DNA from: Alphaproteobacteria bacterium
GTDB lineage: Bacteria; Pseudomonadota; Alphaproteobacteria; JBFXJJ01
DNA: 64,000 bases
NCBI GenBank assembly: GCA_050175015.1
Contig: JBFXJJ010000004.1
Span: 145,304-209,303 of the forward strand
Reading direction: 5' to 3'
This document shows, one piece after another, positions 24,322 through 35,831 of the stretch; position 1 is the stretch's first letter, and each line of letters opens with the position of its first letter. The position numbers were made by a program, and so were the translations under genes. The notes below the pieces were generated by a model, which had not been told where the DNA came from, made no database searches, and saw nothing but the letters and a program-made list of their open reading frames with translations.

Positions 24322-25719
24322 TTAAGCAGCAAAATAATCTCTCCGTTTTTTCAGTATATTACTAAAAACACTTGTTAAACCATCAGCCCCATCTTGAATC
24401 AGGCGGTCAAACGTGGCTGTCGCCGTTTTAGGACCTAAGATATTATCTTCTTCCAAAGCTTTTACGGGAGTTTTCTTAAAGCCCTGATAAGGCTCTCTTC
24501 GATCCTGCGCATCGCTTAAGTGATTCAATGCCTCCTGTAAAACTTTTACGCCTTTGCCGCCTGTTGTATTATCAGCTTCACCGATTAAGCCTGCAACATT
24601 TTTAAGACTATCGTTTACCGATTTGCCGAACCTGTCCTTAATCGGACTCGGTTCCTGCGGCTCTTTGATAACAGACGGCGTATCAATCATCTTGCCTGTG
24701 TCATCATATTCAACATCGCCAGGATAACGAACTCCGAAATATTTCTTAAGATGATCATCAACAGCCTGCCTTTTAGGATGAAAGACTTTGTCAAAAACAA
24801 AATTTTGGGCTTCTCTCATTTCTCCTTTGGTCATTTCTTCGGGTCTTTTAGCTAGAATCTTAGATGCAGAATCAATGTTTTTACTGAGCAAATCAAAAAT
24901 ATCACTGACACTATACGGATTTTTTGACAGAGGAGTAGCAGTTCCTGATATATCATCGCTGGCAGGATCTACATAGTATTTTGCCTCGATGTTTATATCT
25001 TTGCTATTTGTGCCCTGAGCATTATCTTTAGACTCTTTTTCTTTATCCAGAGGCATAATGTTTTTATTTTCAGGATTTTCTGCTTCCAAGATTTTCTGTT
25101 CAATATCCTTTAAAGAAACCGTGCCGATTTTATCTTTTAACTCCTCTTCAGCTCTGGACATCTGATCTTTTAATTCGGTTTCGGTCTTGATGTCTTCTAA
25201 CCGCTTTTGCTCTTTCGCTTTTGCTTCCTGCTCCTGATTATATTCTTCGTTTAAATCGTCGCCAAAACCCCAAGTTCTAAAATTGCCTAAACCTCCAGGC
25301 AATTTACATTTTACTCCTGCTTCATGGCAAATAGTATTGACAACAGAATTGCTGTTGCTGGGTGGAAACGTATCATAGTCAAAGCTTTGTTCGGCTATTT
25401 TATCCGCAGCTTTCTGCATATTCTGCCAAGTTTCCTCCAGTTGGTTGTCTGGGATATCAAGCTTGGTGCTTTTGCGCAGCTTTTCATCTGCGCCATAGGC
25501 GTCTTTAGATTTATTCAAGTCAACATTGTTTTCTATTACAAGATTACCCCCATCAAGACTTTTATCACCAGGGCCGCCACTAATAACTTTTTCATTGCCT
25601 TTACCATCTCGATAAACCAAATAAGAATGTTGAAAAATATCATTGTTCCATTGTATTTTTACACTTCTTGTTTCTAAATATATACCTTTTGCTTTGGTTT
25701 GTTGTTTAATATCTGTCAT
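24322..25719 (-). CDS. Hypothetical protein with C-terminal peptidoglycan-binding-like motif
   Basis: 465-aa ORF; VKVLQEALN...EDNILGPKT resembles PG_binding_1; N-terminal HSYLVY...GGP...NSNS. Confidence 0.55.
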   Translation of the reverse strand: MTDIKQQTKAKGIYLETRSVKIQWNNDIFQHSYLVYRDGKGNEKVISGGPGDKSLDGGNLVIENNVDLNKSKDAYGADEKLRKSTKLDIPDNQLEETWQNMQKAADKIAEQSFDYDTFPPSNSNSVVNTICHEAGVKCKLPGGLGNFRTWGFGDDLNEEYNQEQEAKAKEQKRLEDIKTETELKDQMSRAEEELKDKIGTVSLKDIEQKILEAENPENKNIMPLDKEKESKDNAQGTNSKDINIEAKYYVDPASDDISGTATPLSKNPYSVSDIFDLLSKNIDSASKILAKRPEEMTKGEMREAQNFVFDKVFHPKRQAVDDHLKKYFGVRYPGDVEYDDTGKMIDTPSVIKEPQEPSPIKDRFGKSVNDSLKNVAGLIGEADNTTGGKGVKVLQEALNHLSDAQDRREPYQGFKKTPVKALEEDNILGPKTATATFDRLIQDGADGLTSVFSNILKKRRDYFAA

Positions 25720-25767
25720 TTCTAAAATCCTTCTATAAAATTAAAATAAAGCAGTATTTACTGCACA

Positions 25768-25807
25768 AAAAAGGCAGGTTAATAAAAACCTGCCTTAATT
25801 TTTAAAA
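25768..25807. repeat. 40-bp direct repeat (terminator-like hairpin), second copy 26710-26749
   Basis: AAAAAGGCAGGTTAATAAAAACCTGCCTTAATTTTTAAAA occurs twice. Confidence 0.9.
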
Positions 25808-25873
25808 AACCAAAATTAACTGGCTTTCTAAAAAAGCTTTTAAATATTTTGAATCTTTGTTAGTATCATTTAC

Positions 25874-26263
25874 ATGTTTGATAATGATTTTTTCTATGTC
25901 GTATCTAGAAGCACTCCTATCGTTGCCGTGCTGGCGTATATTATTTATTCTTTTATGAAAAAGAATGAAAATATTAAAAAAATTGTTTTCAATTATTATG
26001 TGTTTTTATTATTTGTTACTTCGACAGGCTGCCCATTTTTTATATCTTTTTTAACACGCAATGAGAAAATATTATTATTTTTTCACACTTTTATGCCTTT
26101 TATTAGTTTTATTGTTTTGTTTTTATTATTTTACAGTAAAAATTTAAAAATTAATATTTTAGGTATATCATTGACTTTTTTGCTTATGTCTACTGTTTTA
26201 GTTGTTTCAAGCCTTTCAGTATTTCTCTTAGGTTTAATTGTTGTTAATTTTTTCTGGTATTAA
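25874..26263 (+). CDS. Small multi-pass membrane protein, hypothetical
   Basis: 129 aa, about four hydrophobic segments, very AT-rich. Confidence 0.55.
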   Translation: MFDNDFFYVVSRSTPIVAVLAYIIYSFMKKNENIKKIVFNYYVFLLFVTSTGCPFFISFLTRNEKILLFFHTFMPFISFIVLFLLFYSKNLKINILGISLTFLLMSTVLVVSSLSVFLLGLIVVNFFWY

Positions 26264-26264
26264 A

Positions 26265-26534
26265 ATGAAACAAAAAATATTAAAAATACTTTTTTTTATA
26301 TTTTGTATATATATTGCACTTTTTTTTATTTCAATCTGCTTTACTTTTAACTTTGCGCATTTAAGCAATTTCATTGCTATTGGCTGTTTTCTAACACTTT
26401 TTTATAAGCATAAAACCTTAAAACTTTATTATAAAATTCTCCTTTGCTTTGGCCTGCTGACACCAATTTTAGCTTTCTGTTATTACTACTTTTTTGCTTT
26501 TGATAAAGTTGACCTCTATTTTGAACTAATATAA
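26265..26534 (+). CDS. Small membrane protein, hypothetical
   Basis: ATG immediately after the upstream stop; about three hydrophobic segments. Confidence 0.5.
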   Translation: MKQKILKILFFIFCIYIALFFISICFTFNFAHLSNFIAIGCFLTLFYKHKTLKLYYKILLCFGLLTPILAFCYYYFFAFDKVDLYFELI

Positions 26535-26784
26535 TTTTCAAAATATCAGAACAAGCAAGTTAACTAAAATAATTTAATTTTTATGGATAGAATTAGGCGC
26601 ACGTGTAGTTACTGAACCTAACAGAACTTATATCACAAAAACAACTAAATTGTCAAGAACAAAAACAGAACCAAGTTAAATTAATTTTAGATATAAACTA
26701 AGCCCCACCAAAAAGGCAGGTTAATAAAAACCTGCCTTAATTTTTAAAATATTTATTTCTCTAAAGTTGCTTTTCAAAACATCT

Positions 26785-28587
26785 TTAGTCGCTGTCAATT
26801 TTTAAAGCTTCAATAAAAGCACTTTGTGGAATTTCGACTTTACCAAACTGGCGCATACGTTTTTTGCCTTTCTTTTGCTTTTCTAAGAGTTTTCTCTTTC
26901 TTGTAATATCGCCGCCATAACATTTAGCCGTAACATCTTTACGAAAAGCACTAATCGTTTCCCTTGCAATAACGGTTCCCCCAATCGCAGCTTGAAGCGG
27001 AATCTTAAACATATGCCTTGGAATTAAGTCTTTGAGCCTTTCACAAATCATTCTGCCTCTTGCCATAGCTTGCGAACGATGGCACATAAAAGAAAGAGCA
27101 TCAACAGGTTCACTGTTTATCAGCATTGAAACTTTGACCAAGTCACTTTCAGAATAGCCATCCATTTCATAATCAAAGCTTGCATAGCCTCTAGAAATTG
27201 ATTTTAAACGGTCATAAAAATCAAAAACAATCTCATTAAGAGGAAGCCTATAAACAACCATAGCCCTATTCCCAGCATAGGTTAAATTAACTTGCTCTCC
27301 TCTTCTTTCGGTACAAAGCTTAAGAACAGCTCCCAAATATTCATCAGGAACCATAATTGTTGCTTTAACCCAAGGTTCTTCAAAAGATTCAATTTTAGCA
27401 GGATCAGGCATATCAGCAGGATTATGAAGATCAAGATTTCTGCCATCGGTTAAATGAAGCTTATAGACAACACTTGGAGCCGTTGTAATTAAATCTAAAT
27501 CAAACTCTCTATCCAATCTTTCCTGAATGATTTCCATATGGAGCAAGCCCAGAAAACCACATCTAAAACCAAGCCCTAAGGCCGCAGAAGTTTCAGGAAT
27601 AAACTCAAAACTAGAATCATTTAGCTGCAATTTAGCAAGGGAATCCTTTAAGTTGTCATATTCACTAGAATCTATCGGAAATAAACTGCAAAACACCACA
27701 GGTATACTTGGTTTAAATCCAGCTAACGCTTTTAATGTCGGACGTTTTTCTTCAGTTATAGTGTCGCCAACATGACAATCACCAACGCTTTTAATTGATG
27801 CGGTAAAAAAGCCAAGTTCTCCTGCCCCCAACTCGTCAACATCAAGCATTTTTGGTGTAAAAATACCAAGTTTCTCAATTTGATAGCTCATACCATTTGA
27901 CATCATCTTGATTTTCATCTTTTTACGCATTTTGCCGTCAATAATACGGAAAAGAATTATAACGCCTAAATAAGCATCATACCAAGAATCAACCAAAAGA
28001 GCTTTTAACGGTTCATCTTCATTGCCTTTGGGCGCAGGAAGATATTTAACAACCGCTTCTAAAACTTTTTCTATTCCAAGTCCTGTTTTTGCTGAAATTT
28101 CAACCGCATTTTCAGTATCAATGCCGATTACTTCTTCTATCTGTCTTTTAGTTCCTTCAACATCGGCTGCGGGCAAATCTATTTTGTTTAGAGCTACAAC
28201 AATTTCGTGATTAGCATCAAGCGCTTGATAAACATTGGCTAGCGTTTGAGCTTCAACACCTTGAGAAGCATCAACTACTAATATAGAGCCTTCACAAGCA
28301 AGCATTGAACGGCTTACTTCATAAGAAAAATCGACATGTCCCGGAGTATCAACCAAATTAAGAGTATAGTTTTCTCCATTTTGAGCCTTGTAGTTCATAC
28401 GAACGGTCTGAGCCTTTATGGTAATACCACGTTCGCGTTCAATATCCATTGAATCTAATATTTGCTCTTTCATCTCACGCTGTTCAACTGCTCCGCATTT
28501 TTCAATTAATCTATCTGCAAGCGTTGACTTTCCGTGATCTATGTGAGCAACAATAGCAAAATTTCTGATATTATTTATTTTACCCAT
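26785..28587 (-). CDS. lepA: Elongation factor 4 (LepA)
   Basis: [44 protein letters not shown]. Confidence 0.99.
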   Translation of the reverse strand: MGKINNIRNFAIVAHIDHGKSTLADRLIEKCGAVEQREMKEQILDSMDIERERGITIKAQTVRMNYKAQNGENYTLNLVDTPGHVDFSYEVSRSMLACEGSILVVDASQGVEAQTLANVYQALDANHEIVVALNKIDLPAADVEGTKRQIEEVIGIDTENAVEISAKTGLGIEKVLEAVVKYLPAPKGNEDEPLKALLVDSWYDAYLGVIILFRIIDGKMRKKMKIKMMSNGMSYQIEKLGIFTPKMLDVDELGAGELGFFTASIKSVGDCHVGDTITEEKRPTLKALAGFKPSIPVVFCSLFPIDSSEYDNLKDSLAKLQLNDSSFEFIPETSAALGLGFRCGFLGLLHMEIIQERLDREFDLDLITTAPSVVYKLHLTDGRNLDLHNPADMPDPAKIESFEEPWVKATIMVPDEYLGAVLKLCTERRGEQVNLTYAGNRAMVVYRLPLNEIVFDFYDRLKSISRGYASFDYEMDGYSESDLVKVSMLINSEPVDALSFMCHRSQAMARGRMICERLKDLIPRHMFKIPLQAAIGGTVIARETISAFRKDVTAKCYGGDITRKRKLLEKQKKGKKRMRQFGKVEIPQSAFIEALKIDSD

Positions 28588-28791
28588 ATTTGGTTTTCCG
28601 TATTTGTTATTACTAATAAGAAATTTAAAAGATACATAAATCTAAGATAGCTTTTATAGAAATCATTTAAAAAGAGCAAGCCTATTTCGATAAAAGCAAG
28701 GTTTAACCTAAATTACTTGAAGATTTCAATCTTATGGACAATAATATTCTAAAATCTTAAAGACTGCGATTTTAATTAAAGGGAGAAATAA

Positions 28792-29361
28792 ATGAACTAC
28801 AATAGAAGGAACGACCTAAATAAAAATGATTCATCTGCAAAAAATGATAAAAAATGCAAATCATTCTTATGCCTTGAAACTGTTCTAAGCAAAATTATCA
28901 GGTTTTCAGTATCGCTCCTTGCAATTTTGATGACCATTATGATTTTGTTTGGCGTTATTGACGTCGCAAAGAGCGTATTTCATTCCTTCGATGCCTCATC
29001 AGGTAAAGTTCCAGGAATTAATGAACTTCTAGCCTCTTTCGGATCTTTTATGGCGGTATTAATCGCTATTGAAATCTTAATTAACATCACCGTTTATCTC
29101 CAAGATAATTTCATACATACACGTATTGTTATGGCCACAGCTTTAATCGCTATCGCACGAAAAGTAATTGTTATGGACGTAGAAAAAACCGCTCCTGAAT
29201 ATGCTTGGGCCATTGCAGCTATAATTCTTACAGCCAGCATAGGTTATTGGATTACAATGATTTCACCAGAAGAAAATGAAAGGAAGTCTCGATTTTCATT
29301 TAATAAATTTTATAATCGCAAAAATTATAATCCCCCTAAAAATCACAATGAAAACCAATAA
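28792..29361 (+). CDS. Phosphate-starvation-inducible PsiE family membrane protein
   Basis: VLIAIEI...TALIAIARKVIVMD pattern, four TM helices. Confidence 0.8.
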   Translation: MNYNRRNDLNKNDSSAKNDKKCKSFLCLETVLSKIIRFSVSLLAILMTIMILFGVIDVAKSVFHSFDASSGKVPGINELLASFGSFMAVLIAIEILINITVYLQDNFIHTRIVMATALIAIARKVIVMDVEKTAPEYAWAIAAIILTASIGYWITMISPEENERKSRFSFNKFYNRKNYNPPKNHNENQ

Positions 29362-29422
29362 GCTTTAATTTATAAAAACGAAAAAGGCGGAAAAATTTTA
29401 ATTCCGCCTTTTGTTTTTTAAT

Positions 29423-30154
29423 CTAGTTTTCTAAGATATTCGGATAGTCAGAAAATACCGCCAAAGCTCCTAGACGCAATATTTCATAAGCTTGCTGTCT
29501 ATCATTCACCGTATAAACCAAAGAATTCATACCATTATCATAAACGCTCATCAAAAAGTCTTCAGAAGCATCATTGACTGAGCAATGAATCGAAAATGCT
29601 TTTAAATCACGAGCTGTTGCCAATGCTTTTTCTTTTTCCCCGTTTGTTAAAACACCAATCGCCGCATCACCAGACAGCGTCCTAATCGTTTTTAAGGATT
29701 CTGTATTAAAACTAGAAAACAAAACCCTGCCATCTTTTTCAGCATTAAAAAACTTTGCCGCTTCAAATGCTTTTATTGCTGTTTTTTCTGCCAGTTCACT
29801 ACGACTCGGTTTAACTTCAATATTGACTTTCATCTTTTTTTCAAAAATAAGAGCTAAAACTTCTTCTAGCTTAGCTATTTTCTCTATATTTTTAATTTTT
29901 AACTGCGATAATTCCGAGAAAGTAAAATCATCTAAGCGACCAGAAAAACCAGACATTCTATCTAAAGTCTCATCGTGAAAAACCAAGGGAACACCATCTT
30001 TAGACAGCATAACATCAAGCTCAACCCACTTAGCTCCATTTAGAGCCGCTTCCCTAAACGATGTTAATGTATTTTCAGGAAATTGCCCACTAAAGCCTCT
30101 ATGTGCAACAACTTTGGCAGAGCTTAAGCTCTTAATCAGATATTCAGAAATCAT
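29423..30154 (-). CDS. Glycerophosphodiester phosphodiesterase (UgpQ/GlpQ family)
   Basis: VAHRG, PENT, VELDV, HDETLDR, NIEVK, YTVN. Confidence 0.93.
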   Translation of the reverse strand: MISEYLIKSLSSAKVVAHRGFSGQFPENTLTSFREAALNGAKWVELDVMLSKDGVPLVFHDETLDRMSGFSGRLDDFTFSELSQLKIKNIEKIAKLEEVLALIFEKKMKVNIEVKPSRSELAEKTAIKAFEAAKFFNAEKDGRVLFSSFNTESLKTIRTLSGDAAIGVLTNGEKEKALATARDLKAFSIHCSVNDASEDFLMSVYDNGMNSLVYTVNDRQQAYEILRLGALAVFSDYPNILEN

Positions 30155-30229
30155 CTTTTTACTAACAAAAATGAGCTATAAAAAACAAAAACCGCCCAAA
30201 GGCGGTTTGCTTCAAAGCGTTGATTTTAC

Positions 30230-30304
30230 TGGTGCCGCCGAGTAGAATTGAACTACCGACCCCACCCTTACCAAGGGTGTGCTCTACCCCTGAGCTACGG
30301 CGGC
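30230..30304 (-). tRNA. tRNA-Thr (GGT)
   Basis: GCCGCCGTAGCTCAGGGGTAGAGCACACCCTTGGTAAGGGTG...GGCGGCACCA. Confidence 0.97.
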
Positions 30305-30394
30305 ACGTAAAAAGAAACATACAAAAGCATTTTAATTTTAGCAAGACTGTTTATTATATTATTTTACTTTTTTTATAAAAAGGACTTTATTAAT

Positions 30395-30535
30395 ATGCAA
30401 AAAACAGTCAAAAAGATACCTTCCAAAAAGGAAGAAAACACAAGGAAAGAAGCCGAAGCTCTTAAGAAAAACCTCTTAAAAAGAAAGCTTCAAGAAAAGA
30501 ATAGAAAAAATAATTCAACAAGCGATAACAACTAG
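30395..30535 (+). CDS. 46-aa basic ORF upstream of murA (below ORF-track cutoff)
   Basis: AAGGA upstream; MQKTVKKIPSKKEENTRKEAEALKKNLLKRKLQ...; resembles the small 'ALRxNLxRRKxQ' ORF I recall before murA in Alphaproteobacteria. Confidence 0.6.
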   Translation: MQKTVKKIPSKKEENTRKEAEALKKNLLKRKLQEKNRKNNSTSDNN

Positions 30536-30543
30536 GATAAGTT

Positions 30544-31806
30544 ATGGATAAGATAAAAATCACTGGGGGAATCCCTTTAAAAGGACAAATAGCAATCAGC
30601 GGCGCTAAAAACGCAGCCCTACCGCTTATGGCGGCTTGCCTCCTCACTGATAAAAAGCTGCACCTTTCAAATGTCCCTGATTTGGCCGATATTAAAACAA
30701 TGAAATCTCTTTTGGCTCAACACGGTGTTGGCATTGAAGAAAAAGATGAAAATTCTATAACTTTGGAAGCAAAAAATATTACAAGCACCACAGCTCCCTA
30801 TGATCTAGTAAGACAAATGAGAGCCTCTGTTCTAGTTTTAGGTCCTTTAGTTGCTAGAGAAAAAAAAGCCTTTGTATCCCTTCCTGGTGGTTGTGCTATT
30901 GGAACTCGTCCGATTGATTTGCACCTTGATGCTTTAGAAAAGCTTGGAGCATCTATTGAGCTAAGTGAGGGATATATCAAAGCAGAAGCCCCTAATGGCT
31001 TAACTGGGGCCAAAATTATTTTTCCTAAAGTCACCGTTGGCGGAACAGAAAATATCCTTATGGCTGCGACTCTAGCCAAAGGAACAACAGTTATAACTAA
31101 TGCGGCTCAAGAGCCAGAAATAACTGACTTGGCTGACTGTTTAATTGCTATGGGAGCCAAAATCGAAGGCGCAGGAACGTCAACAATACGCGTTGAAGGC
31201 GTTGATTCTTTAGTGGAAGCTAGACATTCCGTAATATCAGACAGAATCGAAACGGCTACCTTTGCTATTGCTGCAGCAATAACTAGAGGCAGCATCGAAC
31301 TTATAAGAGGCAGAACTGATATTATATCATCTCCAGCAATGCTCTTAACTGATTTAGGAGTTGCAATTGAAGAAACCGAAAAAGGCTTCAAAGTTGATGC
31401 GGAAGACGCTGTATTAATCGGCTGTGATGTTATGACTGAGCCTTATCCAGGATTTCCAACCGATCTACAAGCTCAGATGATGGCTTTAATGGCAACAGCG
31501 CATGGGGCATCATTAATTACAGAAACTATCTTTGAAAATCGTTTTATGCACGTTCCCGAACTCGTAAGAATGGGAGCAAACATCAATATCCACGGCAGCT
31601 CTTCCGCTATCATAAGAGGCGTTAACCACCTCTCAGGAGCACAAGTTATGGCAACGGATCTGAGAGCTTCGGTATCTTTAGTCCTTGCTGGATTAGCAGC
31701 AAAAGGAGAAACCATTATAAACCGTGTCTATCACCTTGACCGCGGCTATGAAAAAATTGAGAAAAAACTAGCAAACTGCGGAGCGATAATCGAAAGAATC
31801 AAGTAA
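30544..31806 (+). CDS. murA: UDP-N-acetylglucosamine 1-carboxyvinyltransferase
   Basis: [37 protein letters not shown]. Confidence 0.99.
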   Translation: MDKIKITGGIPLKGQIAISGAKNAALPLMAACLLTDKKLHLSNVPDLADIKTMKSLLAQHGVGIEEKDENSITLEAKNITSTTAPYDLVRQMRASVLVLGPLVAREKKAFVSLPGGCAIGTRPIDLHLDALEKLGASIELSEGYIKAEAPNGLTGAKIIFPKVTVGGTENILMAATLAKGTTVITNAAQEPEITDLADCLIAMGAKIEGAGTSTIRVEGVDSLVEARHSVISDRIETATFAIAAAITRGSIELIRGRTDIISSPAMLLTDLGVAIEETEKGFKVDAEDAVLIGCDVMTEPYPGFPTDLQAQMMALMATAHGASLITETIFENRFMHVPELVRMGANINIHGSSSAIIRGVNHLSGAQVMATDLRASVSLVLAGLAAKGETIINRVYHLDRGYEKIEKKLANCGAIIERIK

Positions 31807-32273
31807 TGCAGAAAATTATAGCGGTAACGCTTGGAGAGAATCCCAAAATACATCTAAAAGAACAGATTGAAAAAGAACGCTCTACCGCAATTTTTGACTT
31901 GATATCCTCAAACCACTTTGAACCAATAGGTGATTTCAAAGGACCTTTTAAACTGCATCTTTTTAAAACCGAAAACCGTATTATTTTTGATATTATTGAT
32001 AAAAATGACACGCCGCTTTTAACCGTCCCAATAGGCTTGTCCAACTTTAGGAACTTGATTAAAGACTACTTCATTGTCTGCGAAAGTTACTTTAAATTTA
32101 TGCCCAACACCCCCTGCTGCCAAATCGATGCTATTGATATGGGAAGACGAAGCATTCACAATGAAGCGGCTGAGCTTTTAAAGCAAAAACTAGAAGGCGT
32201 TATTGATATAGATGAGCAAACAGCTAGAGCTTTGTTCACTTTGGTTTGTGTCTTGCATTTAGACCGCTTCTAA
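31806..32273 (+). CDS. UPF0262 family protein
   Basis: AIFDL, IDMGRRSIHNEA, ARALFTLVCVLH. Confidence 0.88.
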   Translation: MQKIIAVTLGENPKIHLKEQIEKERSTAIFDLISSNHFEPIGDFKGPFKLHLFKTENRIIFDIIDKNDTPLLTVPIGLSNFRNLIKDYFIVCESYFKFMPNTPCCQIDAIDMGRRSIHNEAAELLKQKLEGVIDIDEQTARALFTLVCVLHLDRF

Positions 32274-32314
32274 CCTATAGTATTTTTTAAATCATTAACC
32301 TAAAAAGGCTTTCT

Positions 32315-33532
32315 ATGACTGAAAAATATTATGTTAATTCTGAAACAGGAAAACTAAAAAAAGTACTCTTACACCACCCAGACTTAAGCATCAAAAGACT
32401 AACGCCTTCCAATTGCGAAGAACTTTTGTTTGATGGCGTCCTTTGGGCTCAAAAAGCTCGAGAGGAACACGATATTTTTGCCAACACACTTAAATCCAAA
32501 GGTGTTGAAGTCTTATTTTTAGGAGAGCTCTTAAAAGAAACTTTGGAAGTGCCTGAAGCTAGAAAATTCATTATGGAAAATGTCATTACTCCAAGAAGGC
32601 ACGGATTGATTTTTGCAAAAGTTTTAAAAGACTATCTTGATAGTTTAACGGTCGAAGAACTTGCAATTAATCTTATCGGCGGGTTAACTAAGTCAGAGTT
32701 CAAGGCTGATATTAACGGTCTCTTAGCAGAAACTTTAAGACCAAATGATTTTGTATTACCATCATTACCTAATCATCTTTATACACGAGACACTTCCAGC
32801 TGGATTTATAACGGAGTTTCAATAAATCCTATGGCGATGCCAGCTAGACAACGCGAAAATATTCACTTGGCAGCTATCTATAAATATCACCCAGCTTTTG
32901 CCCAAAGCGATTTTAAATACTGGAACGCTCAAACTCCGATTGGAACTAATCAGGCTGCGATTGAAGGCGGCGATATTTTAGTCATTGGCAATGGAGCCGT
33001 TATGATTGGTATGGGGGAAAGAACAAGCCCTCAAGCAGTTGAAACCTTAGCCTTAAATTTATTCGAACAAAATGCCGCCAAATTGGTTATCGCTGTCCGT
33101 ATGCCTCATAAAAGAGCCTTTATGCATCTTGATACCGTTATGACTATGGTAAATTATGACACCTTCTGTGCTTTCCCCAAAATCGAAGATATGGTTACGA
33201 CTTGGAATATAAGACCAGATGATAAAGGCGGCCTCCATATCGAAAAAGCTTTGGGGCTTTTTGAAGCTGCAGCCCAAGCACTTGGCATAAAAAAAATAAA
33301 TATAATCAAGACAATAGACGACGATTTTGTTGCAGAACGTGAACAATGGGACGATGGCAACAACCTGCTTGCTGTTAGTCCTGGTGTCGTTGTTGCATAC
33401 GATCGCAATACCGATATGAACAAAATTCTAAGACGTGAAGGAATTGAAGTTTTAGAGATCCCAGGGTCAGAGCTTGGTCGCGGACGCGGCGGAGCCAGGT
33501 GCATGAGCTGCCCATTGGTCAGAGAGGCTTAA
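32315..33532 (+). CDS. arcA: Arginine deiminase
   Basis: [45 protein letters not shown]. Confidence 0.97.
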   Translation: MTEKYYVNSETGKLKKVLLHHPDLSIKRLTPSNCEELLFDGVLWAQKAREEHDIFANTLKSKGVEVLFLGELLKETLEVPEARKFIMENVITPRRHGLIFAKVLKDYLDSLTVEELAINLIGGLTKSEFKADINGLLAETLRPNDFVLPSLPNHLYTRDTSSWIYNGVSINPMAMPARQRENIHLAAIYKYHPAFAQSDFKYWNAQTPIGTNQAAIEGGDILVIGNGAVMIGMGERTSPQAVETLALNLFEQNAAKLVIAVRMPHKRAFMHLDTVMTMVNYDTFCAFPKIEDMVTTWNIRPDDKGGLHIEKALGLFEAAAQALGIKKINIIKTIDDDFVAEREQWDDGNNLLAVSPGVVVAYDRNTDMNKILRREGIEVLEIPGSELGRGRGGARCMSCPLVREA

Positions 33533-34105
33533 AAGAGATTTAAGCGCTATGTTTTTGGCGGAGATATCTGATTCTTATTTTAAACCATTCTTTAAAAGCT
33601 GTTTTTCAAATTAATTTTACTTAAAAGATCGTTTTCTTTGTGCCATCTTGCTTTTTAACAAAAGCCAAGATATTTAGCATTCAATATCAAAAAAAACTAT
33701 CTCCAAAACCTATCAATCTTAAATTATAATGAAACATACGCTGTTCATTTGATTGCCTTAATTTTTTAAAACATACGTTTTGTTGTTTTAATAAAATTTA
33801 ATATTTTCAACGTGTTAGCATTTAAAACTCAAACATTTTCTTAAAAAAGCCTATCTAAGAAAATAAATTCTTAAATATCAAGCAAATACAAGCAAATATT
33901 AAACTTTAAGATTAAACAACTGCTGGCATAAAAAATTGCTGCCAATTAGTAAAATTCAGCATTCTTATTTTAAGAAAATCATTTTAAATCAAGCGCATAA
34001 ATACTATTGATAAAGTTAAAGATTAATTTATTATTGTTTTTATTCCGCCATCTTTTTTAACGGCAATAAAGTCACATAACGTCTAAAACATTATCCTCTG
34101 ATTGT

Positions 34106-35074
34106 TCAGCCTTGAGACATTTCTCGCAAAACAGCAATCCTTTGTTCTATTGGGGGGTGCGTTGCCGTAAGCCCTGCCATTTTACTCATAAATCCTGCCA
34201 TACTATGCTCGGCTAAAGGATTAGCAATACACAAAGCTCCAACATTAGGCATTGTATCCAAATTTTCTACTCTAGCGTCCTTTGCAATTTTCTCAAGAGC
34301 GGAAGCTAAAGCCTCAGGATATCTAGTCAAAAGAACAGCTGTCGCATCGGCTTGGAATTCACGCCTTCTTGAAAGCGCAAACCTTATTAAAGGCGCTATT
34401 AAATAACCAAAAATCAAAAGAGCTATACCTATAAGCAGAATAAGAGCTTGAGCATCACCCTTTTTCTTGCCCGATGAACGAGAACCGCCGCCTCTGCGAG
34501 AACAGCTCCTAATTAAAATTTCACCTAGAAATGAAAACAGCCCTATTCCCAAAACAACTACCGTCATTAAGTAATTATCACGATTGCCGATATGCGACAT
34601 TTCGTGGGCTGCCACAGCTTCCAACTCACTTTTGTTAAGCTTAGCCACTATCCCCGTTGTAAAAGCGATTGCGGCATTTTCTGGCTTGGTGCCCACAGCA
34701 AAGGCATTTAAAGATTCATCTTCAATCAAATAAATTGAAGGACAAGGAAGACCTGCGGTGATTGCTAGATTTTCAACGATACTATACAGCTCAGGGGCAG
34801 CATTTTTAGTTATTTTCTTAGCTTTTGCCGAATTTAGAATAACGGATCCACCTTGATTTATGCTGAATAATATCCAAAAAAACCACGCTATTATAAAAAT
34901 GCACCCAAAAAACAAAACTATTGATGCTTCTTTTTTAACAACCTCAATATCGTTAACAAGCAAATAGTAAACACCCAAGCCAGCTCCCAATAAAGCTAGC
35001 AGAACCACAGGAAACATTAAGATTATTAAAATAGTAAAACGACGATTGTTATCAATATTATTATAAACCGACAT
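34106..35074 (-). CDS. htpX: M48 family zinc metalloprotease (HtpX-like)
   Basis: NAFAVG, AHEMSHI, SRRREFQAD, THPPIEQRI. Confidence 0.9.
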   Translation of the reverse strand: MSVYNNIDNNRRFTILIILMFPVVLLALLGAGLGVYYLLVNDIEVVKKEASIVLFFGCIFIIAWFFWILFSINQGGSVILNSAKAKKITKNAAPELYSIVENLAITAGLPCPSIYLIEDESLNAFAVGTKPENAAIAFTTGIVAKLNKSELEAVAAHEMSHIGNRDNYLMTVVVLGIGLFSFLGEILIRSCSRRGGGSRSSGKKKGDAQALILLIGIALLIFGYLIAPLIRFALSRRREFQADATAVLLTRYPEALASALEKIAKDARVENLDTMPNVGALCIANPLAEHSMAGFMSKMAGLTATHPPIEQRIAVLREMSQG

Positions 35075-35107
35075 AAGAATCTGAACCTTATAGCTTTTAG
35101 TGAATAG

Positions 35108-35665
35108 TTAGAAAGAAACTTTGACCGGCTTAGCTGCTTCAGATTTTTCAGTCTCATCTAATTCAAAAAACTGCTTCTTAGAAAATTTAAACCAACTAGC
35201 AATCAAATTTTTAGGAAAACTATCAATTCCAATATTTAAATCCCTGACTACGGAATTATAAAAACGCCGTGCGGCCTGAATTTTATCTTCGGTATCAGTA
35301 AGTTCTCTTTGCAGTTCTATAAAATTTTGATTTGCCTTTAAGTCTGGATAATTCTCAGATAAGGCAAAAATGCTTTTTAAAGTATGACCTAAAACATTTT
35401 GATCAGCTGCCTGTTCTTCGGGAGTTCCCTGATTATTCATTGCCGAATTTCTTGCTTTAACAACAGCTTCTAACGTTTCTTTTTCATGCTTCATATAAGC
35501 TTTGGCTGTTTCTACTAAATTAGGGATTAAGTCATAACGGCGTTTCATCTGAACTTCGATATCACTCCAGCCTTCCTCACTTCTAGTTTTAAGACGAATC
35601 AAGCTGTTATATGATAAAATTCCATAAAGCACGACTACAACTGCAATTATCAGCAAAACATTCAT
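35108..35665 (-). CDS. lemA: LemA family protein
   Basis: RRYDLIPNLVE, ENYPDLKANQNF, ARRFYN. Confidence 0.95.
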   Translation of the reverse strand: MNVLLIIAVVVVLYGILSYNSLIRLKTRSEEGWSDIEVQMKRRYDLIPNLVETAKAYMKHEKETLEAVVKARNSAMNNQGTPEEQAADQNVLGHTLKSIFALSENYPDLKANQNFIELQRELTDTEDKIQAARRFYNSVVRDLNIGIDSFPKNLIASWFKFSKKQFFELDETEKSEAAKPVKVSF

Positions 35666-35831
35666 TCTACAATCTCCTCAAAATTAAAATGAGCCAGAAT
35701 TTTAACACAGCAATTAGTCTTCTTCTAATTTATTTGCTTTATGTGTAAAACTTTTAAAAGTTTAATTGCAAGCACCTCTAGTTTGCTTTATCATTTCTCA
35801 TCTAAAAAATAATAATTATAAGGATTTTTTT

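Noticed and set aside
33533-34105. Long AT-rich intergenic gaps (also 42598-43034 and 52848-53069) as hidden genes or RNAs
   Set aside because: No ORF, repeat or recognisable RNA structure that I could support
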